Source: a virus
Lineage: Duplodnaviria > Caudoviricetes
Length of the DNA: 64,000 bases
Virus record (IMG/VR): IMGVR_UViG_3300028886_000037
Coordinates: 128,001 to 192,000 of that record
Direction: 5' to 3' (one strand)
In this document: positions 43,664 through 55,571 of the stretch, piece after piece
How the letters are laid out: each line of letters opens with the position of its first letter
How positions within the stretch are numbered: position 1 is the first letter of the stretch
Notes under the pieces: model-generated
The model's input: only the letters and a program-made list of their open reading frames with translations
What the model was told of the DNA's origin: nothing
Databases searched by the model: none
Translations under genes and position numbers: made by a program

Positions 43664-44491
43664 ATGAGCTTGGTAGATTCAGCACTCAAATCTGCTCGGA
43701 AACTCGTTGACGGCATGGGAAACGGCGGAGTCGCTGCAGTTCACGCATCCAACAAGCTATTCGGAGACGGTTTCGAGCTAACTTGTCTAGGCTGGGCAAT
43801 TCGTGGAGTCGACCCAGTCAATCTCTGCTCTTGGGAGGAAGTCAATCACGTCGGTGATAATAAGCCCAACGAGCTCGGATTCGTAAGAGACTTCAGCTAT
43901 AAGTACAAGATCAATGCCGTTCACTACTACGGCTATCCGTCAAAGTTGCAAGAGACACAGTTCTTCGTGGACGATCTCGGCCCACTCAAGACTAAATTAA
44001 GAGAGTACAAGAGGGAAGATATGAAAGAGAAAATGACAGTTTCAGAGGCAATGGAGATTCTCAAGGAATCTGGAAAGAAAGCTATCAACGAGAGCTACCT
44101 TGAACAGGTGAACGTAGAAGAACTCTACTCGCTCGCACTCGAGTCGCTGTTCTTCGCTGACCAAGTTCATCTATGGCACTGGACATGCAAGAGTGGTTTC
44201 CATCACACCCATCTACAGGAAGTCTACGAGTCGCTCAGAGACTTCGCAGATGAGCTCGTGGAGATCTGCTTGGCTTCTGGAAAGAAGTTCCAGGTGAAGG
44301 CCAATACGAGAGAGCTTGGCGGGGACGGAGAGTTCGACGTCCAGGACGCTATCGACGAGATCGAAGAGTTCATCGACGAGATTCAGGCTACTGCTAAGGT
44401 CTTCAAGGAAGAGTCCGAGATCACTACGCTGATCGACGACGAAGCTAAGGCGCTGACTAAAGAGATCGGACTGCTAAAGTCCTTCAGCTAG
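43664..44491 (+). CDS. protein with C-terminal ferritin/Dps-like four-helix domain
   Basis: QVHLWHW..HTHLQEVYESL..DELVE; internal EAMEILKESG motif. Confidence 0.7.
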   Translation: MSLVDSALKSARKLVDGMGNGGVAAVHASNKLFGDGFELTCLGWAIRGVDPVNLCSWEEVNHVGDNKPNELGFVRDFSYKYKINAVHYYGYPSKLQETQFFVDDLGPLKTKLREYKREDMKEKMTVSEAMEILKESGKKAINESYLEQVNVEELYSLALESLFFADQVHLWHWTCKSGFHHTHLQEVYESLRDFADELVEICLASGKKFQVKANTRELGGDGEFDVQDAIDEIEEFIDEIQATAKVFKEESEITTLIDDEAKALTKEIGLLKSFS

Positions 44492-44570
44492 CGTTTGATT
44501 ACAAATTCGACAACAAAAATGCTGTGATCAACTCACAGCATTTTCTATTTGTTACATCTCTATTTTACTT

Positions 44571-44891
44571 CTACGCTTGCGCGTTTTTTGAGTTTTCCTC
44601 AATGTAATCGCGAGTTGCACACTCAGCGTCTACCTTGAAGTTCGTTACGTTGTATAGTGCCTTGGCTAGAACCTTGGCCATGCAGTTTCGGCAGAGATCA
44701 GGACGTTCGACTGCCTTCTGGTAGGGAGCGCACAGATCACTGAAGCGGATCCTCACGTGGCTCACCTGATCCATGAAGTAAGCATACGGAGTTTCAAGGT
44801 CACGAGCGAGTTCTGCGACTTCGTACTGTGTCATTTCCTTGTCGCAGATGTCGCATACGATCTTTTCGATCTTTATCTCTTTGGTGGACAT
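44571..44891 (-). CDS. zinc-finger protein
   Basis: CDIC..DLCRNC. Confidence 0.65.
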   Translation of the reverse strand: MSTKEIKIEKIVCDICDKEMTQYEVAELARDLETPYAYFMDQVSHVRIRFSDLCAPYQKAVERPDLCRNCMAKVLAKALYNVTNFKVDAECATRDYIEENSKNAQA

Positions 44892-45202
44892 TATGCTTCC
44901 TCCTTCTTGGGTTCGGTAGTTTCGACGCCTTCTGGAAGATCATACATGAGCGTGTAGATAGCGATCACAACGTCGTCGTAACCGTTATTGTGACGATCTA
45001 CGGTGTAAGTCGTAACCTTGATGTCCTTGACGATCGCGTTGTTCTTTTCGATCCAACGGTTGATCTTCTTGTCGATCTCCTTCTCGGCGACGTATGGATG
45101 ATTTCTGTCTACCTTAACTTTCTGTTTCCAGTCGTCGGCGTTGTTGTGTAAGTCGTTGCCGCAGCAGTTGGAGAGACAGAACTGAAAGTTCTTGATTTTC
45201 AT
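44891..45202 (-). CDS. hypothetical early protein
   Basis: start MKIKNF after early promoter and AAGGA RBS. Confidence 0.6.
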   Translation of the reverse strand: MKIKNFQFCLSNCCGNDLHNNADDWKQKVKVDRNHPYVAEKEIDKKINRWIEKNNAIVKDIKVTTYTVDRHNNGYDDVVIAIYTLMYDLPEGVETTEPKKEEA

Positions 45203-45425
45203 AGTTGTTGGTGTCCTTGTTGAAGTTACGCCTATAATATACGTATTTTCAAGAGAATCGTAAACCCTACAGAGAGAAGCTAAGAGACTTCGTGCAAAGG
45301 CGAGAAGAGAGAAGCGCAAAGAACAGACTAGCAGCTCCAGTCCAGCTCCAGCTAACGACGAAGAGAAGCCGAGAGCGCCGAGAGAGATCGATCCAGCAGC
45401 TCCAGTCGACATCTCTAGCGGGTTC

Positions 45426-46208
45426 TTGAGAGTTCAGTGGAGAAACTTCAACGAGAAGTACTTCGGAGGAGAGCTGAGAGAGCCGAAGTTCTTCATGCCG
45501 AAGAGCGGAAAAGGATCTCTCGGACAGTGCACTCACGACTTCGACGCGTATGAGAACAAGCTCTTCTGTTCGACTATACGCGTAAACGAGAAGGTCGAGA
45601 ACTACCATACTTTCAGAAACACAATGGTCCACGAGATGGTCCATCAGTGGGCTTACCAGCAGCTTGGAGAGTCTGACATCAGATCAGCTAACATCTACGG
45701 CCAGGCGAGAAGCCGAAAGTGGTGGAACGCTCTGACACGTCCGATGGGCAAGGATGGACATCACGGCATCTGGCTCCAGAAGTGCGAAGAGCTGATGAGC
45801 GAGTACCCGTATCTGAAGCTGACGAAGTTCGGACAGACTGACGAGCTAGAAGATACTGGAGAAGAGAAGGGCGCAGCCATCGAAGCCACGAAGGGAAACC
45901 ACATCGTTCTCTGCGAGCCTGGTGGGGGAAGACACAAGTACTTCTACTACATCACAGACAGCGGATTCCAAGAGCTCAAGAAAGACATCGAAGCTGGAAT
46001 CAAGAAGGGAAAGTGGGTCGAGTACGAGTTCGATCCAGAGAAGCTCGCGAAAGAGAAGCTCACTCCAGTCTCGCATCCTGGAAGCAGCGCATGGAAGGGA
46101 AGCTATCTCGACGATCTGCTAGATCGAGGCGTCGTGAACGAGTGGAAGTCGAAGTACCTCGGCGGCGAGAAGACATCTGGCAGAAGAAGCCGATTCAGAC
46201 TATGGTAA
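45426..46208 (+). CDS. SprT-like zinc metalloprotease
   Basis: FNEKYFGGEL..HEMVHQW..HHGIW. Confidence 0.8.
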   Translation: MRVQWRNFNEKYFGGELREPKFFMPKSGKGSLGQCTHDFDAYENKLFCSTIRVNEKVENYHTFRNTMVHEMVHQWAYQQLGESDIRSANIYGQARSRKWWNALTRPMGKDGHHGIWLQKCEELMSEYPYLKLTKFGQTDELEDTGEEKGAAIEATKGNHIVLCEPGGGRHKYFYYITDSGFQELKKDIEAGIKKGKWVEYEFDPEKLAKEKLTPVSHPGSSAWKGSYLDDLLDRGVVNEWKSKYLGGEKTSGRRSRFRLW

Positions 46209-46223
46209 GGAGATAAATAAAAT

Positions 46224-46538
46224 ATGAAGATGACATTTGAACAATCGAAAGAGATCCTCGAGAGCGCTGGCCTCACTGTAGAGGAAGATACGCTAAAAGA
46301 GAAGAGCAAGCTCGCAGATACCTTCATTCATTCTATCTGGCTAGAGATCGAAAAATACTTCTCAGGAAAAACTTCAAAGTATTTTAAATACGACGAAATA
46401 GAGATCATGCGTCAAATAATGGCTTCTGTATATGAATATGCACAAAGAACGTGTGAATTGGACGGAAGACCTTGTAACTTGGAAACGTTAAAACAAGTAA
46501 TAAAAGACGCATACGACTCAAACCGTACAGGAAAGTAA
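46224..46538 (+). CDS. late protein with the shared N-terminal motif
   Basis: QSKEILESAG. Confidence 0.6.
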   Translation: MKMTFEQSKEILESAGLTVEEDTLKEKSKLADTFIHSIWLEIEKYFSGKTSKYFKYDEIEIMRQIMASVYEYAQRTCELDGRPCNLETLKQVIKDAYDSNRTGK

Positions 46539-46566
46539 GATTCAGCTAGATCAAGCACTACGTCTG

Positions 46567-46884
46567 TTGAGAGAAAACCACTATGTCTGCAATGCGGCTG
46601 GACATAGTGGCTTTGAACTCGACTATCCGTCAGTCGACTACTATAGAGAGCAGATCAAGATCGAATTGAAGAAGCTCGGCTACAATACCGTCGACTGGGT
46701 TGACTGGGAGTGCTGGACCAAGTTGATAAACGACTTGTACAGTGACGAGAAAGACGTCGAAGATGCAGCTGAGATTCTCAGAGATTATGAGAACGAAGAG
46801 CAGATGCGAGCTCAGGAAGAGCAAGCGCAAGAAGAGCAGCTGATGAACAACTACGACTTCGATCACGGAGACTGGATCTACTAG
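46567..46884 (+). CDS. acidic hypothetical protein
   Basis: ORF; start uncertain. Confidence 0.5.
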   Translation: MRENHYVCNAAGHSGFELDYPSVDYYREQIKIELKKLGYNTVDWVDWECWTKLINDLYSDEKDVEDAAEILRDYENEEQMRAQEEQAQEEQLMNNYDFDHGDWIY

Positions 46885-46888
46885 CCTA

Positions 46889-47734
46889 TTACACGATGCT
46901 CATAGTCTCAGTGCAGAAGACTGACTTTCCGGTGTTGTCTCGTATAATTCTCGCTTCTCTCAGAGAACTCTCAATAAAGAAAATATAATATGGATCTTTA
47001 TATATCTCGGCCTTATATTCTCCATATTTTCCCCAGATTCTCCTCTCATAAGCACTACTCATATTTAACATGACTAATCTGTCATATTTTATATCATTTT
47101 TATTCAGCCAGTTCTCTGTCTCTTTACGATATTTCTCTAATCTGCAAGTTACTAGTGTGTTTATTTTAACAGTAGGAATAAATCTGGGCTCTACTGTAGA
47201 TAAAAATTTGATATAATTAGCACCGTCATCATTCTCTTCTGGATAAGGATCACGACAAAGTACACCATCTATATCCATGCAAGATCGAGATAATATCATT
47301 TCATGATGGAACAAGTTCCATTCAAATACTCTAAGACCATCTATAACTTCGCAGAATATATCTACTTCACTTTTACTTGTGCTTCTAACATACACTGCAG
47401 CGAATAGAAAATTATACGGAATTCCTTTCAATTTAGCTTTCGCTTTTCCAATTGCGCTGCCACTTGATACGCTATCGTCTATCACCAGTACCTTTCGGAT
47501 CTTGTGATCTTTAATATAATTTCCTCTATATCCACAGGCATATACCTTTCCTTCAAGAAACGACTCTATGTCAGTATATGGCTTATTCATATATAGTGCT
47601 AATAGGTTTGCTGGTAGCATTCCGCTTCGAGGTACACCTACAATAAGGTCAATATCTTTTGGAAATTTAGAGATCGATGATAGTATCGTCTTATTCAATT
47701 GTGAAACAGATCTAAATTGTACGCTTTCTGACAT
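46889..47734 (-). CDS. phosphoribosyltransferase + HAD-like phosphatase fusion
   Basis: GVPRSG, VLVIDDSVSSG (PRPP loop), MDIDGVL. Confidence 0.8.
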   Translation of the reverse strand: MSESVQFRSVSQLNKTILSSISKFPKDIDLIVGVPRSGMLPANLLALYMNKPYTDIESFLEGKVYACGYRGNYIKDHKIRKVLVIDDSVSSGSAIGKAKAKLKGIPYNFLFAAVYVRSTSKSEVDIFCEVIDGLRVFEWNLFHHEMILSRSCMDIDGVLCRDPYPEENDDGANYIKFLSTVEPRFIPTVKINTLVTCRLEKYRKETENWLNKNDIKYDRLVMLNMSSAYERRIWGKYGEYKAEIYKDPYYIFFIESSLREARIIRDNTGKSVFCTETMSIV

Positions 47735-47747
47735 ATTTACTCTAAAT

Positions 47748-48602
47748 CTAAAAATTACTATTGGATTTCCATAAATTCAAAATTCTTGTATCAATTTCTG
47801 ATTTATAATTGTACAGATCTCTATATTTAGTCGGAAAATCCTTCAAGAAGTTCTTTGCACCAGGACTCTTACGGTTCTTACACTTATATTGCCATTCCTC
47901 TTCGGACACGAACTGATAATGATACAATATCAAGTCAGAATCGGACTCTGTTGGTGTGATCTGCCAGCTTCGCTCTACTGGCTTCATGTTGGAGGTATGT
48001 CCTGGACTATATTTTCCATCTACGAGCGGATCATGTGTAGAGTGGCTGAGACGATCAGACCATTCGTACTTGCGAGATGTGTGAACAAATGTCTTCACTG
48101 GCAGATTGCCAGCTTGCCATACCATGCTAGCACGATCTGACCATGCAGTAGCGTTCTCGATTCTGTGTTCAGACTGTCTCTTCTCAATATGCTTCTCTGG
48201 GAACATATTTCTCCATCCTACGCATATCTTGAACCATCCAGCGTATATATTTGGCATCCCATTCAGCCACTGTTTGATAAACTCGTTTACATTGTTCTTG
48301 TACTTATCAGAGACATATAGATACTCGTCGTCATCAATAGGTAGAACCCACCATGCTTGACTTTCATTATTGATGTATCTATCGTACAGGTTGTACTGGT
48401 CAGGCCATCCTTTCACTAGCTCATAGCTAACTCGGTCTCCGTACTTGTCACATACAGATTTAATGTCGACTAAGCTCTCGTTGTCGAAGATCTTACAGTG
48501 ATCGAATCCAATAACATCTAAGTGCCAATGCATCCAGTCCTTAAAATCTTGAAGATTGTAAGACTTAGTTAGCAGAACGACTTCAGTTAGATAGTTCTTC
48601 AT
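47748..48602 (-). CDS. GT-A glycosyltransferase (GT2/GT92-like)
   Basis: WMHWH..GFDH..FDNES; PIDDDEY; LYHY. Confidence 0.8.
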   Translation of the reverse strand: MKNYLTEVVLLTKSYNLQDFKDWMHWHLDVIGFDHCKIFDNESLVDIKSVCDKYGDRVSYELVKGWPDQYNLYDRYINNESQAWWVLPIDDDEYLYVSDKYKNNVNEFIKQWLNGMPNIYAGWFKICVGWRNMFPEKHIEKRQSEHRIENATAWSDRASMVWQAGNLPVKTFVHTSRKYEWSDRLSHSTHDPLVDGKYSPGHTSNMKPVERSWQITPTESDSDLILYHYQFVSEEEWQYKCKNRKSPGAKNFLKDFPTKYRDLYNYKSEIDTRILNLWKSNSNF

Positions 48603-48608
48603 ACGATT

Positions 48609-49241
48609 CTATTTACTCATAAAATTCTTTATCTTGTCGCTGTATACTTGAGCATACCATCGAGGGAATCTATTACCAGCGCCTTTATATCCTCCTCCTC
48701 TTCCATGTGGGTCATAAATTACCAACAGATTTTCTTTAGGAGGCAAATCACTAAGCTTCGTATTGTAAGTGATCACTGCAACCTTATACTTCAGCTCAGG
48801 AAGATTATAAATTTTACTAAATGCTTTTTCATCATAGTCTAAATGCTCCCATTCGATAACGAACATCGGTTGATTTTTACTATCAAGCATTTTCTTGACA
48901 TGCTCACGATATTTTAATACAATATACTCCCAAATCTTGCAGTAGTGTACATCGCATTCGCGAATAGTTGGCTGCTTAGCATTTGGGTCATAAATCATGT
49001 GAATATAGGTTAGCTTAACCTTCTTATCAATCGTCAGTTCGAATACTTCTTGCCCTTTAGTGTATGGATGCTGGCGATGCGTAAGTTCTATATCTTCCCA
49101 ATTTATGTTTTCATAATCAGTAAGTAAGTTATAGAATGAGTCGAAGTTCATGTCAATCCAAGTAAATGGATTTGTATTTCCGAATCCCCACATCCTTAAA
49201 AGAAAGTTACTTATACAGCAATTACCAATTAAATTCATCAC
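48609..49241 (-). CDS. DUF1919-like polysaccharide-biosynthesis protein
   Basis: LIGNCCIS..NPF..YIH. Confidence 0.55.
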   Translation of the reverse strand: MMNLIGNCCISNFLLRMWGFGNTNPFTWIDMNFDSFYNLLTDYENINWEDIELTHRQHPYTKGQEVFELTIDKKVKLTYIHMIYDPNAKQPTIRECDVHYCKIWEYIVLKYREHVKKMLDSKNQPMFVIEWEHLDYDEKAFSKIYNLPELKYKVAVITYNTKLSDLPPKENLLVIYDPHGRGGGYKGAGNRFPRWYAQVYSDKIKNFMSK

Positions 49242-50521
49242 ACTCCTTTAAAGAGTTGATCGATTCTAGTTCTAGTGATGAAGTCGAAGTAGCTCTTTAC
49301 GCATAGATTTATGCACTGAACACCGTCCATCTCTGATCCTTCACTTAGACCTTCGATCTCGTCATGGAAAATGTAAGGAACACGTTGAGGATCTTCGACT
49401 GCCTGCTTGACATGAATGTTCATCATCTTAGCAAGAACGCCATAGTAGATGTCGTCATGATTGCTGTCAACGATCTGAGGGTTCAGCGCAAGAAGACCAT
49501 ATTCTCCAAAGCAGTTAGGCGGATATAAGCAAGCGGGACCATGACCGAAGAAAAATACCTTAGTGTTAGTGTCTCTCTTGTAAGTCCAGATCGCTTTCTT
49601 GTCTCTCAGCCACTTCTCGTATAGCACCTTCACGTAGTCTTCTTTGTACAGACAGTCATCGTCTGCGCTGACTACTGGGAAATTCTTGTAACGTTCTAGA
49701 GTGTATAGGACTTTCTTGAATGATCGAACATTCCCACGAGTCCACTGGATCTCTACTTTGCCATCTCTTGCGTACTGGAGCAGATCGAACGGCAGATCAT
49801 CTGCCATGTTCGGAAATTCCTCGCCAGATAGAGTCAATACGATCTTGTAAGGGTTGCAGTGATCTAGAATACTCTCGATGGTCTTGCCCACTGTATTGAT
49901 TCGCTTCTTCCACGAAGTGAGACTGACGATGACTGGTAGCTTTCCTTCTGGTACTGCATCTTCGTTCTGCGATCCGAATATGTATCTCTCTGTCATCTGC
50001 CAGACCTGATTGCCCTCTTCGTACATCAGCGGACCAACTACATCTACATTAGCTTCAGAAAGCATTGACTGTTCGAACCAATAGCGATCTTCGTGCACTT
50101 TTAGAACTTTCAAGATATTCTCAGCTGCTTTGACGTTTAGAACGAAACCATTGTACCAGCAGATCTTGCGTTTAGGTGCTACGAATAGAGCAGAAGCTGC
50201 TGCCTCATTTCTTTCATCAACTACTTTGAAGTATGTATCTCTCTCATTAGTGAATACACGACGCCACATCTCTCTTACGATGGGCTGAGCTCTGTTTGGC
50301 ATAGCAGCGCCCTTAGTGTGAAGATACAGCACGGATTCACGACTCTCTAGAGCGACTTCACATGCTCTCTTAATGAACGGCAGCTCAAATTCCACATCGT
50401 TTGGCGGATCGACTTCAACAGTCTCGACATCATAGAACGGCTCAAGCCAAGCAAGCATCTCTTCTTTGATTAGTAGTCCAGCTTCGGTCTTCAGGACGCC
50501 AAGCACGCATTTTCTCTTCAT
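49238..50521 (-). CDS. two-domain glycosyltransferase-like protein
   Basis: VLYLHTKG domain + VIVSLTSW..RSFKK..SADDDCLY..DDIY. Confidence 0.75.
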   Translation of the reverse strand: MKRKCVLGVLKTEAGLLIKEEMLAWLEPFYDVETVEVDPPNDVEFELPFIKRACEVALESRESVLYLHTKGAAMPNRAQPIVREMWRRVFTNERDTYFKVVDERNEAAASALFVAPKRKICWYNGFVLNVKAAENILKVLKVHEDRYWFEQSMLSEANVDVVGPLMYEEGNQVWQMTERYIFGSQNEDAVPEGKLPVIVSLTSWKKRINTVGKTIESILDHCNPYKIVLTLSGEEFPNMADDLPFDLLQYARDGKVEIQWTRGNVRSFKKVLYTLERYKNFPVVSADDDCLYKEDYVKVLYEKWLRDKKAIWTYKRDTNTKVFFFGHGPACLYPPNCFGEYGLLALNPQIVDSNHDDIYYGVLAKMMNIHVKQAVEDPQRVPYIFHDEIEGLSEGSEMDGVQCINLCVKSYFDFITRTRIDQLFKGV

Positions 50522-53500
50522 CAGTTGAATTCCTTTTAAAAGTTACGCTCTATTTATAGTTGCCTTCTCTCAAGTCTTTCTCGAGTCGGTCATGCTCATC
50601 ACGCAGCTCTATGTACTTGTCACTTCCAAACGGGCAGCAGTGCATCAATTGACATAGCTGTCCGAGTCGATCAGTCAGCTCGCTGAATGTCTTCTGATTA
50701 TCACTCTTCTCCATAGTGCTGACTATATTGATGTCATCCTTCGTGATCATCCTATTGCTATCCTCTCTACATAAGGGTCTATCGGGTCAGTGACTGTTCT
50801 TTCATAATTCAGTGCATAATTGCATTTTGGACACTCCCATCTGATCCAGCCTGGTCCGAAATAAACATAAGCATTAAGTAAGTTTACTTTTTCTTTGCAT
50901 TTTTCACACTTAGGCATCTCTGCTTCTCCATACGATCTTCTTGACGCGTTTCTTTTCGGGCTGCCAACGGATCTTCAACCAGTCCACTGCCTCATCCAGA
51001 GTATTGAAGTATTCTGTTCTAGCTAGCTCGCCGCAGTCAGTCCAGAAGTAGTGCCACCAGATGAACCATACTTTCGGAAAGAATCCCTTTCCCTCATAGG
51101 TTATGACGCGCTTGGGCAGCTTTCTCATCAACCATTTCCACATACTCGTTTCCTCAATGAAAGTCTATACTGACTAGAGACTCTGTCTCATGAACTTGCT
51201 CCCATGCCTTAGCAGCTTCATCGTATCTGTCGAACTTAGTGCAACCGACTTCAGAATTTAGCCAAGTCACGAATTTTTCCGTCTCCGAGGTAGAACTTCT
51301 TATCTCCATGTTTGTCTATGTAATATAGAAAATACTCAGGATGTTTCATCTTCATTCGAGCTCTCACTCGTCCTCATCCCTGTTCTCCTCTTGCCACTTC
51401 TTGTAAGCTTCAGCTCTGTGCTTGTTGAAGGTCTTCAGATCGACTTCTTGCAGCTTCGAGTAGTCACGGTTGCACCAGTAGTCCACATACAGATTGCCGT
51501 CCTTGCCGATGTTGAACATCTCTTCTGATGCGTAGTTGATCTCAGCGAACGGCGTGATGCGCATATCCTTCAAGTCCTCATCGTCCTGTAGATGAGAGTA
51601 GTCAGGGAATTCCCATCTGATTCCATGCTTCTCTATCTTCTCGTAGATGAACTCCTGCCAGAGCTTAGAATCGTTCCAGTACTTGTTGTCTCTGTCGCTT
51701 CTGAGACCAAGAATCTTGATCATGTATGTTCCGCCGTGCGGCGACTTGAAGCATCTTCCGATTAGCTTCTGAACTGTCTCTTCTGGAGCATCGAAGAAGT
51801 CCATAATGCGCTGAAAGAAGTAGTCATCCAAGTCGAACGGCTTTCCGTCTCTCGTCAATCCGAGTCCCTCTGGAAAGTCTTCTACCTTCGAATTCAACTC
51901 GAACAGCTGCTGAATGCTCATGTCTTCTAGTTTCATCGTTACACCTTATATCCCTTGATCGTGTAAGTTTTGTCGTATGGGTTGTAAGCGAAGTTCTGAT
52001 TGTCGTATTCGAACTCGTTCTTGTCTATAGCGCTCAACAGCTTCTCATACTCTGCTTCGTCGATTTGATTCCAGTCGAAGTCGTAGAATACTACCGTGCT
52101 GTCGTCAGGGAAGTGGAGTATAGGCGGCTTAGCTTTAGATACAGGCTTGATCTGCGGAATGTAACCAGGAAGAAGAACAGGTCTCGGCTTTCCAGACTTA
52201 GTCCATGCGCACTTCCAGGCTAGCATGATAGTCGGTAGCTTGTCTTCTCGGAGAGCTTTTCTCATTAGGTTCAGGCAGTGCCAGTGGACTGGATCTGACT
52301 CTTGGCTCATAGTCATAGTTACAATTTCACTCATTTCTCTTTCCTCAGTAATGGACAGCGCTTCGGACGATGGTACTCCAAGCCGTCATATCCGATGTTT
52401 TCTCTCTGGTAGCGGTTCTTGTTGTGAGAAGTCTTCACGACTTCGAAGCTAGCGAGATCGATGTTGAAGTTTCCTAGACCGCAGTACCGTCTCCAGTTGT
52501 GCGGAGTGTTCTTTAGCTCTACTTCTACAAAGTGTTCGCAGTCTTCGCAACCTTTCAACTGTGATGTGCCCATATCCATGCTCCTGGCTCGTAGTTAGGA
52601 TCGTCCCAGCCGTGGACGAAATAGTTTCCGTAAGGATCATTAGGGTTGAGCTCGAGATAGCGTCTGAACTCAGGATCTTCACGTTTCATTCGCTCGATGG
52701 TCTCGTTGGTCAAGTTAGTCATCTTGTCTCATCAGCTTATTGATCAAACGAGTGCATTCTTCTTTGCCCTCTTCGGATTCTAGCTTCTTTCTAGCTTCCA
52801 GAATATAATCTAACCATTCTTCGATATTATCGTTGATCTGTCTGTCGTGAAGCTTTCTAGCATCGTCTTCAGAGACTTCGGACATATCTAACAGAACCTT
52901 GTCAGCTACTTCCTCAGACAGAAGCGTCTTGTTCGTTATCTCGAAGCAGACCTTGTAGTCTCTAGTGACGAAGATCCAGCCCCGGAAGTCAGAGTCGCAG
53001 TCTTTAGAGAGCTCCTCAAGGTTTATGTGCTTTCCGAAATTGTCGATCACTAAGTCATCGAACTTGTCGAGCTCGTCGTCGAACTTCGATCTCATATCCT
53101 TATCGTCTGGATCTATCGCCTCAGAGTTCTTACATACGCCAGATCTGGCCCATGCGTAATAGCCCCATTCAGAATAGTCATTGTCGCCCAGTGTACAGAG
53201 TATTATGATCTTCTTGTCTGGACCATAAGTCTCGAATAGTCTGTCTACTTCTCTCGTAAATCTGTTCATCCTTCGTCTCCAGTCTCGTTGATCTGTACCG
53301 TCGTGTCGATCTCGCCGACGAACATTCTGTCCTCGTCAGTGAAGTCGAACCAACTGCATTCCTTGTAGAATTTTCGCATCTTGGTCATAGTAGCTTTAGC
53401 TCTGCCCTTATTGGGATAGTGAGTAGCCTGACTCAAGTCATCTTCCCAGTGACCAGCGTTCCCTTTGCCACTCCAGTAGTGAATTTCACCATTCCAGCCA

Positions 53501-55571
53501 GAGTGATCAGGTCTCGGCTGACAACAGAGTACCCAAGTCTTCAGTTTTGCATCAATCATTGGTCATATCTCCAGTTAGTGTAGTTGAAGCAGAATCCTAA
53601 GATCCAGAACGATCCGTCATAGCACCGGTCTCTACCCTTCTTTGCACCGTTGTTGTGAAAGCGCAAGAAGCAGCGTAGAGTGTGTCTGGGACACCACTGG
53701 ATGCAGAAGGTCTTCGTGTTGTGATCCCACCACTTCTCGAACAGCGTCATATCTTTCCTTCCAGATAGGCGTTGACCATGTCAATAGAGTCGTAGCCGTT
53801 AGCGATGAAGTTCAGAATCTGTCCAGTGTCATACTTCTCGTTGATAGCTATCAGCGTATCCTGCTCTTCTTTCCTGAAGGAGTCTAGCTCGTCGATGGCT
53901 TTCATGTTCTCAGCTTCAGCAGTCTTCTTGATGTCGCTCAGCTTCGCGTCCATTCCATACAGAGTCTGAAGATGACCCACTGTCGATACGACCTCGAACT
54001 GTGCGCTCATCGCGTCTGTGAGCTCTTTGCACTTCTTTTTGTACTCTTCTTTGTTCTCGATCATTTTTGACTCCAGTTGTTTTCTATCCAAATATAGATA
54101 AAGCTGCTGTGTTTGGCACTATGCATCCTCGAACTTGACAGTAGAAGTTGCTTTCAAGATCTTGATCTCCACATAGTCGCCATATTTGGCCTTCAGAGGC
54201 TTGATTCCCCAGTTGCCGAGATGTCCACTAGAGGCGCTAGTCGGACCTAGCAGATAAGCAGCAGCGCCGTGAGAAGAGTAGTGCATAGCCTTCGACACGT
54301 CATCTGTCCACTTGTTTCGGTTCTTGTTCCAGAACAGCACGCTCGGCTCCATAGCTGGAAGACTGATGATAGCCGCGATCACATAGCAGCTAGTCTCTGT
54401 TTTCTTGTACATTTGCCTTCTCCTTCTTAGCGTCTCTCAATTTACAGAACGCTGTCGCGATAGTTCCAGTCACTCTGAAGTTAGTTCCATCGTAGATGTC
54501 GAAACTGAATCCTCGTTCAGATGGAACGCCACAGCCGTCATAGACCGTCTCCCAGAACTTCTCGCGGAGAGGATAGTCTGGCAGATCGAATCCCTCGTCA
54601 GTCTGATTCTCGTACCAGAACTCACGAAGCTTCACGTTCTCTTTGAGGAACTTCACGACACCATTTGACGGAAAGAACTGGATAGCGATGTAGTTGACGC
54701 CGTCCAGAGTCCTGGGAAAGACCATAGCCTGAAGCTGATAGTCCCAGACTCCGCCCTTGAACGGATCTTTCGTATCTTTCTCGATAGCCTTCATCACGTC
54801 GAATCGGTCTTCTATGTCCTTGTAGAACGAGTCCCAACGGATCATGTCTTTCGGAACCCACTCGATGAACTTATCACGCAGATCGGCTAGATATGATCTC
54901 GCTTTGTCCAAGTCTCCAAATTCTGCATTCTCCTTGAAGAGATATGCGTAAAATACTTTCGTTGACATTATGCCCAACCTCTCTCTGAAAGCTTATCTTT
55001 GGTAGATTTTTCGATCTCGAACGGAACTTTCGTATCCTTGTAGAATATGATCAAACGGTCTTTGATCTCGCGGAAGTCCACGATCTCGCAGCTCTGATGA
55101 TCATCGATCCACTTCTGCAAGCAGCCCTCAAGAGACGCTAGCATGTAGCAGTCGATGTTCTCGACATATACTTTCAATCCTTTGCACTTCATCTGATCTC
55201 GATTCCTCCTCTAGCCTCTGGAACGCCTAGCTGCTTGTCCAGAAAGTCTGAGATCTCAGAACGACCTTCTGGAGTCCAGTCGGCAGTGTCATAGGATTCT
55301 TTGAGTGTCTTAGCGATGTTGTCTATCGATTCCTTGCAGAGGTTTAGCCTCACAGAATCTCCGACCATCGGTCTAGGCTCATCAGTCTTATCCTGCACGT
55401 CGTGATCAGGCGCTCTCATCTCTTCAGCGAACTCGATTCCATCTGAGATTCCGCAGATGTAGCCCTTGACGCTCTGAAGGATCCACTTCGGATCAGCTTG
55501 CTGCTCCTCTGACTGTTCGATGAAGTCGAGAATCTTGTTCGCGAACTCGTTAACTTTTGCTTCTGCTGCTG

